Counted from the stretch's first letter, positions 32,724 to 43,698 are shown. The stretch is DNA of 64,000 bases from an uncultured Chloroflexia bacterium (GCA_963810095.1 CAWEMM010000009.1:576001-640000), one strand, 5' to 3'. The notes: generated by a model not told the origin, from the sequence alone. Numbers and translations: made by a program.

Positions 32724-32851
32724 ACCGTCAATACGCGAGGAAGGACAAGTGAACCAATGCTTCACAAATCCGGCACTTAGCGCGCCTTTGATTCTTTAGT
32801 TTTTGTGGGTAGAATAAGCGGACCCTTTCAACATGAGCAAAGGAGCGCGTC

Positions 32852-33397
32852 ATGGCCGTAACTGAAGCGAAACAGAGGATCGTCAACCGAGTGTGGCAGT
32901 CGATTGCCACGAGCGGAGTGTCCGTCAGCGCGATTCCGAAAGACCAACTGGATACGCTCGTCGACGCGATTGCCGACGGCGTTCTTGTCGCCATCGATCA
33001 CGAGTTTGAGGAAGCCGGGCTGCCGTCGAGGGGCCTGGCTGCCGAGACGGCGCCCACGCTGGGCGACGAGGAGAAGCTGCTGTGGGAGGGCCGGCCGTTC
33101 CTCTCGCTGGCCACGTACTACCGCATTACCAACCAGCGGGTTCGCGCGCAGTACGGCGTCATCGGCCGCGACTACGACGACATCGAGCTGATCCGCATCC
33201 AGGACCTCGACCGCACGCAGGGCTTGACCGAGCGGATGCTCGGCATCGGGGACATCCACATCATGAGCTCCGATCCGTCGCGCCCCACGATGGTGCTTAA
33301 CAACGTGGCCGACCCCGATCAGGTACACGAAATTTTGCGGAAGGCCATGCTCGAGGCACGTAAGAAGTATCGCTACAGCGTGCAGGAAGAGATGTAG
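32852..33397 (+). CDS. Bacterial PH domain-containing protein
   Basis: E.LLWEGRP, YRITNQRV...G, IEL.RIQD, ERMLGIGDI. Confidence 0.85.
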   Translation: MAVTEAKQRIVNRVWQSIATSGVSVSAIPKDQLDTLVDAIADGVLVAIDHEFEEAGLPSRGLAAETAPTLGDEEKLLWEGRPFLSLATYYRITNQRVRAQYGVIGRDYDDIELIRIQDLDRTQGLTERMLGIGDIHIMSSDPSRPTMVLNNVADPDQVHEILRKAMLEARKKYRYSVQEEM

Positions 33398-33443
33398 GAT
33401 TATCCAGCGGGCTCGCGCTCGGGCGAACCGCTAACCCCCACAC

Positions 33444-33493
33444 ACTTCGGGGCTTGCCCTGCACTCAGGTCAGGGCAAACCCCGAAGTCTTTT
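33444..33493. terminator. Long hairpin between convergent genes
   Basis: ACTTCGGGGCTTGCCCTG...CAGGGCAAACCCCGAAGT + CTTTT. Confidence 0.6.
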
Positions 33494-33810
33494 CACCGGC
33501 GGTGCGCCGCCATCTCGGGGGCGGCTTCCCCTCCATCCCCCGTGACCCGCACGCACTCGGGTACGCCGACGCATTCGACCGAGATGAGGGAATAACCCCA
33601 ATCCACCAGGCCGCAAAGCAGCCCGGTGAGAGCAGCCTGGTCGGCCACGATGCCGCGCAAGACACTCTTCGGATGTCCGTTCCCGTTGCGAACTTCCTCG
33701 ACGTTGATCCCATCGAAGTAGTCGGCCAGGTTGACCCCTAGCTGGCCCTGCACACAGATCCGATAATCGGCCGGCGCATCCAGCGTCAGCCGCGCATGGT
33801 CCAGATTCAT
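33493..33810 (-). CDS. Small hypothetical protein (ACT-like; Y.I.VQG.L...L.G...DQAAL.G.L)
   Basis: Motif pattern of a small conserved family recalled from Chloroflexota/Actinomycetota; GGGGAG RBS. Confidence 0.65.
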   Translation of the reverse strand: MNLDHARLTLDAPADYRICVQGQLGVNLADYFDGINVEEVRNGNGHPKSVLRGIVADQAALTGLLCGLVDWGYSLISVECVGVPECVRVTGDGGEAAPEMAAHRR

Positions 33811-34008
33811 CTTCTCCCCTTGCGTTGCGATTTTCACACTACATCAAACATCTACTCTACCCTATCGCAGCCTGCCAATACATGAGAACCGGCTAAGGGC
33901 AATATTAAGCTTTGGTCGTGCCTGTGTCAACGGAGCAATGGCGTAAAGACGAGAGCTATGCCGGATCAGACTGCTGTTGCATCCGGGAGTGAGCCGTAGG
34001 GTTCAGAC

Positions 34009-34052
34009 GGGCCCGAAACGGACCATCGGAGAGGCCAGTCCGTTTCGGGCCC
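34009..34052. terminator. 15-bp perfect hairpin downstream of the SH3/PD40 gene
   Basis: GGGCCCGAAACGGAC...GTCCGTTTCGGGCCC; no U-tract. Confidence 0.5.
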
Positions 34053-34067
34053 CAGGCGTGCGACCTC

Positions 34068-35231
34068 CTACGGCCGCCACGCCATCTTTTCGAAGAACCA
34101 GAGCGGTAGGACGTCTGCCGAGACCACTTTCGTGACGCCGCTTCCATCCGGCCGCATAGTGTAGATGCCCCACTTGCCATCGCGGTCCGAGCGGAAAGCG
34201 ATCAATTTGCCGTCGGGTGACCAGACGGGCAGGCCGTCACTTTGCGGCGTCGTGGTCAGCCGGGTATTGCCTGATCCATCCCGCTTGATCACGTAAATCT
34301 CGAAGTTGCCGTCCTCCTTCGAAATATAGGCGATCTGTTGGCCATCCGGCGACCAGGCCGGCTGCCCGTCGCCGCCGCCGGTTGTCAGTCGCCGCACTTC
34401 CCCGCTGTCGGGGTTGGTCAGCCAGATCCCGCACGCCCCCCCATTGCAGGCCCGGTAAGCAATCCAGTTGTCGATCGGGCTCCACGCCGGATATTCGCCC
34501 GTTCCCAGCTCGCGCAGGCCATTGCCGTCGGTGTTGATCAGCCAGATGCTGTCGCCGCCCATCAGCGTGAGCCGGTCGCCGCCGGGAGAGAACGAGGGAT
34601 AGGCGCCGCCCTCGATCACCAGCCGTTCGCCGGAGAAGTCGGGAGCGGAGATATACACGCCGGGTTTGTCGCCAACCGCGCCGGGCCAGGCAAAGTATAC
34701 CAACTGCTTGTTGTCGCGCGAGAAGGCCAGCTCCGTCCGCCAGTCGTTGAGCTTGCGGCTCTTGCCGGTCGCGAAGTTGTATTCCCACACCTCCCAGCGC
34801 TTGTCGGCCATGTTGGCAACCGAGTACAGGAGGATGCCCCGCGGTTTGCCGGCGGCCGTTCCGGCCGTTGCAGGCTTGGCTGCGGCGGCAGGCGCTGGCG
34901 GGATATCCTTCACCACCGCCACTTTCCCCAGCCCGCCCTTGATCGTGAGCAGCGACGCGCTGGCCCAGCCGTTCTTGCCACTGAAGCAGCAAAGCTGGAG
35001 CCAGGAACCGTTCTGATTCTTGCCCTTGACGTCGAAGGTCTCGCCCTTTTTGGCAGCGGCGATGACGGGGTAGGTGGATCCGGGGCCGCTCCGCACGTTG
35101 AGACTTGCGCCCTTGACAGTGGCGGTCGGTCCTGCTTGTGCGTTTGCGATGAGCACAGGGGTGAAGAGCAGGACCAGGACCAACGCGAGCCAGATAAGCA
35201 TACCGAGACGTGACTGACTCTTGGCAGACAT
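34068..35231 (-). CDS. Secreted SH3b + TolB-like (PD40) beta-propeller protein
   Basis: Signal peptide, LNVRSGPG..Y SH3 motif, repeated P.WSPDG..IA. Confidence 0.88.
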   Translation of the reverse strand: MSAKSQSRLGMLIWLALVLVLLFTPVLIANAQAGPTATVKGASLNVRSGPGSTYPVIAAAKKGETFDVKGKNQNGSWLQLCCFSGKNGWASASLLTIKGGLGKVAVVKDIPPAPAAAAKPATAGTAAGKPRGILLYSVANMADKRWEVWEYNFATGKSRKLNDWRTELAFSRDNKQLVYFAWPGAVGDKPGVYISAPDFSGERLVIEGGAYPSFSPGGDRLTLMGGDSIWLINTDGNGLRELGTGEYPAWSPIDNWIAYRACNGGACGIWLTNPDSGEVRRLTTGGGDGQPAWSPDGQQIAYISKEDGNFEIYVIKRDGSGNTRLTTTPQSDGLPVWSPDGKLIAFRSDRDGKWGIYTMRPDGSGVTKVVSADVLPLWFFEKMAWRP

Positions 35232-35458
35232 ACGGCACGCTCCTTCGCGTAGGATGACTCAGTTGTCACACTCCAGCGATGTACGCCGGGTGAATTCCGA
35301 CACAGGCAATTGTGACAAGTTCTTCAAGTGTTGGGACTGTCGTTGCACGGACCCTTTGCTCGCCTGCATTGAGGCCGGGGGAGCGTATCGAGGTCGGTTT
35401 CCGATCGTGTGGTAGAATGGCTGAATTGTCGCTTCCCTATTGTTCGAAGGAGGGCATC

Positions 35459-36301
35459 ATGACCCGCATCGTTGCGGACACCACTTGCGGCCTGCCGCCT
35501 GAGCTGTACGGGCGGCTCGGCATCCCTATGATTCCCCAGGTAATCAATTTCGGTGACGAGTCGTTTCGCGAGGGCGTGGACATGGACGCGGCTACATTCA
35601 TGGCCCGCCTGCGCACGGGGAAGGAGATGCCGAAAACCGCAGCGCCATACCCTGGTGATTTCATCGACGTCTTCCAGGAGTGTGTGCGAGAGGGGGAGAG
35701 CGTCGTCTGCGTGCACCCTACGGCCGATCTGAGCGGCACGGTTCGCTCGGCCGAGATCGCGAAGAACGATTTTCCCGGCGCCGATATCCGCATCATCGAC
35801 ACGCGGCTGGTGGCGGGCCCGCTTGGTTCACTGGTCCTCGAGGCCGACCGGCTGGCCAAGCAGGGGGCCAGCGCGGACGAGGTAGAAGCACGCGTTCGGG
35901 AGATGATGGTGCGGGGCAAGATTTACTTCATCGTGGACACGCTCGAGTTCCTGCGCCGGGGTGGCCGGATTGGCGGCGCGCAAGCTCTGCTGGGCTCGGT
36001 GCTGCAGATTAAGCCGATCCTGACGCTGGTCAACGGGCGTATCGACCAGTTCGAGCGCGAGCGCACGAAGAAGAAGGCCCTGGCCCGCCTCACCGAACTG
36101 GTGCTGCAAGAATCGGCGCGCGGCGCGGAGGCGCACATCAGCGTGAACCATGCCGACGCCCGTGACGACGCCGAGGAACTGGCGGCCGAGCTGAAGCGCC
36201 GGCTGGGCACCGACGACGTGCTCATCCTGGACATGCCACCGGCCATCGTCACCCATGCAGGACCCGGTTTATTGGCGGTCGGCTTCTTCGCACCCGCGTG
36301 A
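35459..36301 (+). CDS. DegV family fatty-acid-binding protein
   Basis: IVADTT, PKTAAP, LSGT..SA, IDTR, TLEFLRRGGRIG, IKPIL, THAGPG. Confidence 0.95.
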   Translation: MTRIVADTTCGLPPELYGRLGIPMIPQVINFGDESFREGVDMDAATFMARLRTGKEMPKTAAPYPGDFIDVFQECVREGESVVCVHPTADLSGTVRSAEIAKNDFPGADIRIIDTRLVAGPLGSLVLEADRLAKQGASADEVEARVREMMVRGKIYFIVDTLEFLRRGGRIGGAQALLGSVLQIKPILTLVNGRIDQFERERTKKKALARLTELVLQESARGAEAHISVNHADARDDAEELAAELKRRLGTDDVLILDMPPAIVTHAGPGLLAVGFFAPA

Positions 36302-36309
36302 GGGCAGCC

Positions 36310-37431
36310 ATGACACTAAACATCGCCACGGTCGACACGTCGTCGCGGCGCGACGTCGATCGCTTCATCTTGCTGCCCTGGGCCATCTACCAGGGCACCC
36401 CCCAGTGGGTACCGCCGTTCGTCGACGACACCCGGTTGATGCTCAACCGCAAGAAATATCCCTTTTACCAACACTCCGACGCCGATTTCTTCGTGGCCCT
36501 GCGTGACGGCAAGCCGGTCGGACGCATCGCGGTGTTGGATAACCGTCATTACAACCAGCACTGGGGCAGCCACACCGCGTTCTTCTACCTCTTCGACGCC
36601 TTCGACGACGCCGGGGCCGCCGCCGCACTCTTCGCTCAAATCGAACAGTGGGCCAAGGGCCGCGGGCTCGACAAGATCGTCGGCGCGAAGGGCTTCCTGC
36701 AGGGCGACGGCATCGGGGTACTGGTCGAGGGGTTCGAGCATCACCCTGCGGTTGGCATCCCCTACAACCATGCCTACTATGGCAAGCTTATCGAGGCGGC
36801 CGGTTACCTGCCCCAGCGCGACTTCCTCTCCGCCTACCTGCCGGGCAAAACGGTTCTGCCAGAGCGGCTGCACCAGATTGCGGCGAAGATGATGGAGCGC
36901 CGCGGTTTTTCCATCCGCACCTTCGCCAACAAAAAAGAGCTGACGGCTTGGATTCCGCGCATCGTGCAGACTTACAACGACACCTTCGTCAACAACTGGG
37001 AATTTAACCCGGTGACCGAGGCCGAAGCGAAGGTCATCGGCGACCGGCTGCTGCAAATCGCAGACCCGAGGCTGATCAAGCTCGTTATGAAGGGCGACGA
37101 CATCGCCGGCTTCCTGTTCGGCTTCCCAGATATTTCGGATGGCATCCGCAAGGCCAACGGCCGCCTCTGGCCGCTCGGATGGATTCATCTCTTGCGCGAC
37201 ATGAAGCGGACGAAGTGGATCAATCTCAACGGCGCCGGCATCCTTGCGCCGTACCGGGGCCTGGGCGTCAACGCAATTCTGTACGTGGAGATGGAAAAGA
37301 CGATGCACAGCGGCGGCTTCGATCACGCCGACCTGGTCCAGATGGAAGAGCACGTGCTGACCGTGGAGGACACGAAGACGATGGGCGGCACGATCTACAA
37401 GAAGCACCGGATCTATGAAAAAACCATCTGA
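36310..37431 (+). CDS. YghO-like double-GNAT acyltransferase (resembles bacterial ceramide synthase family)
   Basis: FI.LPW.IY...PQWVPP, GRIA, G.LVEGF, PYN..YY, W.F.P, PYRGLGV, K..RIY. Confidence 0.75.
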   Translation: MTLNIATVDTSSRRDVDRFILLPWAIYQGTPQWVPPFVDDTRLMLNRKKYPFYQHSDADFFVALRDGKPVGRIAVLDNRHYNQHWGSHTAFFYLFDAFDDAGAAAALFAQIEQWAKGRGLDKIVGAKGFLQGDGIGVLVEGFEHHPAVGIPYNHAYYGKLIEAAGYLPQRDFLSAYLPGKTVLPERLHQIAAKMMERRGFSIRTFANKKELTAWIPRIVQTYNDTFVNNWEFNPVTEAEAKVIGDRLLQIADPRLIKLVMKGDDIAGFLFGFPDISDGIRKANGRLWPLGWIHLLRDMKRTKWINLNGAGILAPYRGLGVNAILYVEMEKTMHSGGFDHADLVQMEEHVLTVEDTKTMGGTIYKKHRIYEKTI

Positions 37432-38659
37432 GCCAAGGCCCGCCGAGCAGGCCGGACCCAAGCGAGTGTTGATCCTGTCGGCCGATGCGGGCTTCGGGCA
37501 CAAAGCAGCCGCCAATGCGATTGCTGCCGCCTTTGCGTCCGGCTTCCCCGGCCGCGCCGAGGCCACGATCGTGAATCCGCTCGACCACGACAACGCGCCG
37601 GGCCTGCTCGTCTCCGCACAGGACGACTACGACCGGATGATCCAACAGGCGCCTGAGGTGTACCGGGTGGGCTACCAGGCGTCGGACGGTGCAATCCCTG
37701 CTGGAATCGCCGAGCAGGCGCTAGCGCTCATGATGTTCAGCGTGCTGCGCGACATCCTGAGCACCCACCGGCCCGACGTCGTGATCACCACCTATCCCCT
37801 GTACCAGGCCGCGCTCGCCACACTCGCCGCGGTCTCGCGCAAGAGCGCACCTTTCCTCACCGTGGTGACCGACCTCGCGACGGTGCATCGCCTGTGGTTC
37901 AATGAAAGCGCGCAGATGTGCCTGGTGCCAACTGAGGCCGTTGCCCGCAAGGCGCTCGAAAGCGGCCTGAGCGCCGAACGGGTGGAGATCACGGGCCTGC
38001 CGGTGAACCCACAACTGGGGCGACCGGTCGATAAGGCGGCGCTGAGGGCGAAGCTGGGTTGGCGCAGCGACCGGGTGGTCGGGTTGTTCACGGGCAGCAA
38101 GCGGGTGAAGAAGCTCGAGCCGGTCGTCCAGGTGTTGAACCATTCCGGGCTGCCGCTTGAACTGGCCATCGTCGCCGGCGGAGACGAAGCGCTCCGAGAG
38201 CGCCTCGCGTCCGTGGAGTGGCACCAGCCCGCGCACGTCTACGGGTACGTGGACAACATGGTCGAACTGATGCAGGCCGCCGACTTCATCGTCTGCAAAG
38301 CGGGCGGGCTCATCGTGTCGGAGGCGTTGGCCGCGGGCCTGCCGCTCCTGATCGTCGAGGCGCTGCCGGGCCAGGAAACCGGCAACGTCGAGCACGTGAT
38401 GCAGGGCGGCGCGGGCGTGTTGGTCAACGACCCGGCCGAAGCGCTCGTCCAGGTGTTTCACTGGCTGGACAACGAATGCGCCGCGCTGAAGGTCACGGCC
38501 CAGCACTCGCGGGCCATCGGGCGACCGGACGCGGCGATTCGGGTGGCGGAGCGGGCGCTGGAAATAGCGGCCCGCGAGCCTCGGCCGGTGGGTAGAGGCC
38601 TCTCGGCGCAGCTGCCGAGGTTACGCGAGCTGCTGGGGCTGACACCGGGCGAGGCATAA
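37415..38659 (+). CDS. MGDG synthase / UgtP-like GT28 glycosyltransferase
   Basis: SADAGFGH.AAA.AI, TVVTD...H..W, TGLPV, KAGGL..SEA, PGQE.GN. Confidence 0.9.
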   Translation: MKKPSEPRPAEQAGPKRVLILSADAGFGHKAAANAIAAAFASGFPGRAEATIVNPLDHDNAPGLLVSAQDDYDRMIQQAPEVYRVGYQASDGAIPAGIAEQALALMMFSVLRDILSTHRPDVVITTYPLYQAALATLAAVSRKSAPFLTVVTDLATVHRLWFNESAQMCLVPTEAVARKALESGLSAERVEITGLPVNPQLGRPVDKAALRAKLGWRSDRVVGLFTGSKRVKKLEPVVQVLNHSGLPLELAIVAGGDEALRERLASVEWHQPAHVYGYVDNMVELMQAADFIVCKAGGLIVSEALAAGLPLLIVEALPGQETGNVEHVMQGGAGVLVNDPAEALVQVFHWLDNECAALKVTAQHSRAIGRPDAAIRVAERALEIAAREPRPVGRGLSAQLPRLRELLGLTPGEA

Positions 38660-38683
38660 GCGCAACGGGCGCCCCAGTGACGG

Positions 38684-39396
38684 CTACTCGGGGCGCCACT
38701 CTGCTTCCCGCGCCAGCGCGTCGAGCGCGGCGTTCTGCGCGGCAAGTTGCTTGCTGGGCCCCTCACCTTCGCCGTACACCGTGTCGCCAATGCTGACCTG
38801 GACGCGGAAGACTTTTGCGTGGTCGGGCCCCTCGGCAGAAACGGTCCGATAGCGGGGCGTGACGCCGAGGCCCGCCTGCGCCATCTCCTGCAACCGGCTC
38901 TTTGGGTCCTTGTCCTCGACCTCGGTCCGCGCGCCCCCATCTCCCCCTGCATCATCGGGATCACCCAATTCGAAACCGCGGTCAGGTCCTGGTCGAGGTA
39001 GAGCGCGCCGACGACGGCTTCGAAGGCGGCACAAAGGGTAGCCGGCCGCTGGCGGCCGCCCGTTTCCACCTCGCCGTGCCCCATCAGCAGCGACTGGCCG
39101 ATGCCCAGCTTGACGGCGAGCCGTGAGAGGGTTTCGCGGCGCACGAGCGCAGCGCGGAGGCCGGTCAGCTCCCCCTCCGAGGCGTTGGGGAAGGACTCGA
39201 AAAGAAAATCTGCCAGCAGGAAATCGAGCACTGCGTCGCCGAGGTACTCCAACCGTTCGTTATCTTCCCAGTCCACCTCGGCATGTTCGTTCAGATAGGA
39301 CCGGTGCGTGAGCGCCGTGCGCAGCAGTGCCCGGTCCTTGAAAGACACGCCGTTTCGCCCGGCAAATTCGTCCAGGATTTCGTCTACACCCTGCAT
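38684..39396 (-). CDS. rnc: Ribonuclease III (frameshift near 38932)
   Basis: ALTHRSY, NERLEYLGDAVL, EA..GA.YLD, dsRBD DPKS.LQE...GP.H...G.G.SK..A.Q.AA. Confidence 0.95.
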
Positions 39397-39514
39397 GCCC
39401 GTCTCCCTTGCTTTAGTTGACGGGCAAGTATAGCACGGCCGGCCTGGCTTGTCATTCGTGCGGCGAACAAATGACAAGTCACGCCGCCTGGCCCTTCCTG
39501 CCGGGGCCCCTTAT

Positions 39515-41263
39515 CTACTGACCCGCCTCGTCCGAGCTTTCCAGGAACTTCTGGATCTTCGCCTTCACGGTTGCCTTCTTCCCGGGATAGTCCTCGAAGG
39601 TCTGCTTGTGCCGGTTGAAAGCTTCCGAATAGATGTTGTCCATGAAGGTCTGGCGGTTGAAGAAGCTGTACCGCTCTTTCGGGTCCAGGAACAGGTTGAA
39701 CAGCCGCGGCGACGGATAGCTTTCGAGGGTGGTTGAGGCTTCGCCGTTGATCACGTCGAAGTCGTCGAAGGCCATGCCGGCAGACATGAACTTGTACTCT
39801 GCCACCCGTATCCCGCTAAAGGTGCTGCCCATCCACAGGTAGACGTACTTTCGATTTGACAGGCTGTCATCGGTCAGCAGGAATGAGGTCTGGTCGATGC
39901 TGTCCATGTACTGCTCTTTCGGCGGCCGGTACTGCACCCCCGCCAGGTCGAGCGAGGTGAGAAACAGGTCGGAGAGGTCGAACATGCCAATGCTCTGCTG
40001 GCCCGGTGTGATCATACCCTTCCAGTACGCAACCAGCGGCACCCGTACGCCGCCTTCCCACGTACAGCCGATGCCGCCCCGAAACGGCGTCCAGCCCGCA
40101 TCGGGCCAGGGTTCCATCATCGGGCCATTATCCGACGTGACGATGATCAGCGTGTTCTCCAGCTGACCGGTGTCTTCCAGCGTCTTGACGAGCCGCCCGA
40201 CCGCGTCGTCCAGTTCCACGAGGCAATCCTTGTACGGGTACTTGGCCAGCGATTTGCCCTTGTAGTCCGGATTGGGATAGTTCTTGACGTGGTTGCCGCG
40301 GGAACAGTGGTACAGGAACCAGGGCTGTTCGCCCTCGGCCATCTTCTTGATGAAGTCCTCAGAGTAGGTGGTAAACATGTCGTCGAGCTGGGCGCTCAAC
40401 TCGATGGTGACTTCTTCCACATTCTCCAGCGGCTTGCCTTTGACTGCGTGCACGACGTTAGGGTTGAACCCCACCGTCTTCACATACGCCTGCCGGTCCG
40501 GGCTGAGCGCAAACTCGGGTGCGAACGTTTCATCCTGCCAGTCCGTGTAAAGGCCCGACCAGCCGAGGAAGCCGTAGAAGTCGTCAAAGCCCACGTTGTG
40601 GGGTTGCGATTCGACGTTCTCGCCGCAGTGCCACTTGCCCACGGCCTGGGTGAAGTAGCCGTTTTCGCTGAGCACCCGGGCGACCGTGGTCTCGTCATCG
40701 AGGACGCCCGGCTCGCCGGCAAAGCTCGGCCGCAGCGCGCCCGTGCGCATGGGCAGCCGGCCCGTGAGCAGCGTGCAGCGTGTGGGAGTGCAGGAAGGCT
40801 GCGAATAGGCGTACATGAGCTGCAGGCCCTCGCGGCCCAAGCGGTCGATGTTGGGAGTTGGCGCGCCGGCCATCGCCCCGCCGCCATAGATACCCCAGTC
40901 GCCGTAGCCCACGTTGTCCATCAGAAAGATCAGGATATTCGGCTTCTTGCCCGTCTTCTTCTCCAGCGCGGCCAGCTTCTGCTTCGCGGCAGCCGCTTGG
41001 TCGTCGTGGGGGATGACCGGCTCCATGTTATCCGCCACCTTTACGGTCGTGGCGGCCAACGGGTCGGTGCTGCTGCCTGCCTGCAGCCGGCTCAGCACAT
41101 TCTCGTGGAGTTCTCGGGGGAACGGAACGCCAACGGGCCGGGCTGCTGACCTCGCGCTCGCGGCAGCGCCTGCGACCCCGGGGGTGAGGCCCGCACCTGC
41201 GCTCAGGGCCACTGCGCCCGCGCCACAGACTTTGGCGAACTCACGACGCGAAAGCTTCTTCAT
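39515..41263 (-). CDS. Tat-exported arylsulfatase
   Basis: SRREF twin-arginine signal, KPNILI, CTPTR (CxPxR) + LLTGR, GKWH, SDNG, EGGVRVP. Confidence 0.92.
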   Translation of the reverse strand: MKKLSRREFAKVCGAGAVALSAGAGLTPGVAGAAASARSAARPVGVPFPRELHENVLSRLQAGSSTDPLAATTVKVADNMEPVIPHDDQAAAAKQKLAALEKKTGKKPNILIFLMDNVGYGDWGIYGGGAMAGAPTPNIDRLGREGLQLMYAYSQPSCTPTRCTLLTGRLPMRTGALRPSFAGEPGVLDDETTVARVLSENGYFTQAVGKWHCGENVESQPHNVGFDDFYGFLGWSGLYTDWQDETFAPEFALSPDRQAYVKTVGFNPNVVHAVKGKPLENVEEVTIELSAQLDDMFTTYSEDFIKKMAEGEQPWFLYHCSRGNHVKNYPNPDYKGKSLAKYPYKDCLVELDDAVGRLVKTLEDTGQLENTLIIVTSDNGPMMEPWPDAGWTPFRGGIGCTWEGGVRVPLVAYWKGMITPGQQSIGMFDLSDLFLTSLDLAGVQYRPPKEQYMDSIDQTSFLLTDDSLSNRKYVYLWMGSTFSGIRVAEYKFMSAGMAFDDFDVINGEASTTLESYPSPRLFNLFLDPKERYSFFNRQTFMDNIYSEAFNRHKQTFEDYPGKKATVKAKIQKFLESSDEAGQ

Positions 41264-41546
41264 GGAGTCCTCCTGGGGGTGAATGGGACTGCTTCCGCCG
41301 AAGTCCTCAGGACGAGAAGGCTCCCGCCGGCTGATCTCGGCGCAGATCGACCTGTGGATTATAGCACAACGCTTCCAGGCCGTGTCGCCTAGATTGCGTG
41401 GCCCGCCCAGACTTCGCAGTCCCGCCCGCAGTTGGAGCTCGCTGCACCCGCGTGTATAATACGCCTGCAACCAACGGCAGCCCCAGCCTCACCCCGGCTG
41501 GGGTTTTTGTCGCACGCCATCAGGCGCAAAGACATGGAGCAAGGGC

Positions 41547-42497
41547 ATGGGTTTTGGCTTTTTTCGCAGGACGCCGCAGCAGCAGGCCGAGGACCAGGAG
41601 AAAATCCAGCAGAGCCTGGCCAAGACGCGGCAGGGCTTCTTTGGTCGGGTCAGCACGCTGTTCCAGGCCAACGAGATCACCGACGATACGTGGGACGAGC
41701 TCGAAGAAATCCTGATCCAGGCCGACCTGGGGATTAACACCGCGCTAGGCGTGGTCGAGCGGCTGCGGGCGCGGGTCGAGCGCAACCACCTGAAGCGCGT
41801 CGACGACGTCAAGGCGGCGCTGAAGGACGAGTTAGTCAACTTGCTCGACCACCCGCCGCTCACCAACATCGACGAGCCGCGCATGCTCACCGTCGTGCTC
41901 ATCGTCGGCGTCAACGGCTCGGGCAAGACCACGAGCATCGCGAAGCTGGCGAAGTACTACAAGGCCCGCGGCAAAAAGGTGGTGCTGGCCGCGGCCGACA
42001 CGTTCCGAGCGGCCGCCATCGACCAACTCAAGATTTGGGGCGAGCGCACCGGAGTCGACGTGATCGCGCAAGGGCCCGGCGCCGACCCCGGCGCGGTGGT
42101 CTACGACGCGATCCGGGCGAGCCAGGAAACGCGCTCGGCCGAGCTGCTCATTATCGATACCGCGGGCCGCCTGCACACGAAGTACAACCTGATGAAGGAA
42201 CTGGAAAAGGTGCATGCGGTCTGTGCGCGGCAGGTACACGAAGCGCCGCACGAAACCCTGTTAGTGCTCGACGCGACGACAGGGCAGAACGCGATCAGCC
42301 AGGCCAAGCATTTCAAGGAAGCAGTCGACATAACGGGCATCATCCTGACCAAGCTCGACGGCACGGCCAAAGGCGGGATCGTGTTTGCGATTCAGGAAGA
42401 GCTGGGCGTGCCGGTGCGCTTCATCGGCACCGGCGAAAAGGCCGACGACTTCGCGGAGTTCGACCCGCGGGCGTTCGTCGACGGAATTATGGGCTAA
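41547..42497 (+). CDS. ftsY: Signal recognition particle receptor FtsY
   Basis: [31 protein letters not shown]. Confidence 0.97.
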   Translation: MGFGFFRRTPQQQAEDQEKIQQSLAKTRQGFFGRVSTLFQANEITDDTWDELEEILIQADLGINTALGVVERLRARVERNHLKRVDDVKAALKDELVNLLDHPPLTNIDEPRMLTVVLIVGVNGSGKTTSIAKLAKYYKARGKKVVLAAADTFRAAAIDQLKIWGERTGVDVIAQGPGADPGAVVYDAIRASQETRSAELLIIDTAGRLHTKYNLMKELEKVHAVCARQVHEAPHETLLVLDATTGQNAISQAKHFKEAVDITGIILTKLDGTAKGGIVFAIQEELGVPVRFIGTGEKADDFAEFDPRAFVDGIMG

Positions 42498-42503
42498 CCT
42501 TCT

Positions 42504-42571
42504 GTAGGGGCGAGGCATTGGGGAGGACATCTGGCCGCGGCCAGACGTCCTCCCCAATGCCTCGCCCCTAC
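42504..42571. repeat. GTAG-family REP doublet (near-perfect 68-bp palindrome)
   Basis: GTAGGGGCGAGGCATTGGGGAGG...CCTCCCCAATGCCTCGCCCCTAC with one mismatch. Confidence 0.85.
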
Positions 42572-42590
42572 GACACGAAAGGATTTAGGC

Positions 42591-43698
42591 ATGGACGAAA
42601 TTCGCGGGCATCTTCAGTCCCTGGCTGACCAGGTCGACGGGATGCGGAGGCGTCTTTGACTTAGCGGGCAAGGCCGCTGAGATAGACCGGCTGGAACAGG
42701 AATCGGCCAGCCCCGAGATATGGAGCGACCCCAACCGCGCCAAGGTTGTGATGCGCGAACTGTCCGCGCTGCGTGAGCAGGTGGCCGTGTGGGACAAGAT
42801 GACGCGCGACGTGGAAGACGCGCAAGCCCTGCTCGAGCTAGCCGAAGAGGCGGGCGACGAAGAGACGGCCACCGAAGCGGCGGGGCACGCAGCCGAGCTT
42901 CAGAAGCGCTATGAGTCGCTCGAGTTCCAGCTCGCCATGGCCGGGCCTTACGATCGTAGCGGCGCCATCCTCTCAATCCATGCGGGCGCAGGTGGCACCG
43001 AGGCTCAAGACTGGGCCTCCATGCTGCAGCGCCTGTACCTGCGCTGGGCCGAGCGCCGCGGCTTCGACGCCGAGATCACCGACCAGCTCGAAGGCGAAGA
43101 AGCGGGCATCAAGACGGTCACCATCGAGGTCGTCGGTCCTTTTGCGTACGGCCATCTCAAGGCGGAGCGCGGGGTGCACCGTCTCGTCCGCATCAGCCCG
43201 TTTGATTCCTCGGCCCGGCGCCACACGTCCTTTGCCCTGGTCGAGGTGATGCCGATCATCGACGAGGACATCGACATCGAGATCAAGCCCGAAGACGTCA
43301 AGATGGACGTCTACCGTTCGGGCGGCGCCGGCGGCCAGCACATGCAGAAGAACTCGACCGCGGTCCGCCTCACACACATCCCCACCGGCACCGTCGTGAC
43401 CTGTCAGAATGAGCGCAGCCAGCTCCAAAACCGCGAGTCCGCGATGCGGGTACTGCGCGGCAAGCTCTACGACATGGAGCTGCAGAAGAAGGAAGAGGAA
43501 GCGGCCCGGATTCGCGGCAAGCATGTCGAAGCGGGTTGGGGCAATCAGATTCGTTCTTACGTGCTGCAGCCCTACCAGATGGTCAAGGACCTGCGCACCG
43601 AGGCCGAGACGGGCAACACGACCGCGGTGCTCGACGGTGAGATCGACCTGTTCATCGAGGCGTGGCTGAAGGACCAGGTGGGCGAAATAGCGGCGTAG
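42591..43698 (+). CDS. prfB: Peptide chain release factor 2 with programmed +1 frameshift
   Basis: ATG 42591...GGAGG-cgt-CTT TGA C at 42654-42660; +1 frame continues with SPF and GGQ motifs. Confidence 0.97.

Noticed and set aside
35262-35318. TTGTCACA...TGTGACAA inverted repeat / possible cyclic-dinucleotide riboswitch before the SH3 gene
   Set aside because: No recognisable ydaO or GEMM consensus on the coding strand
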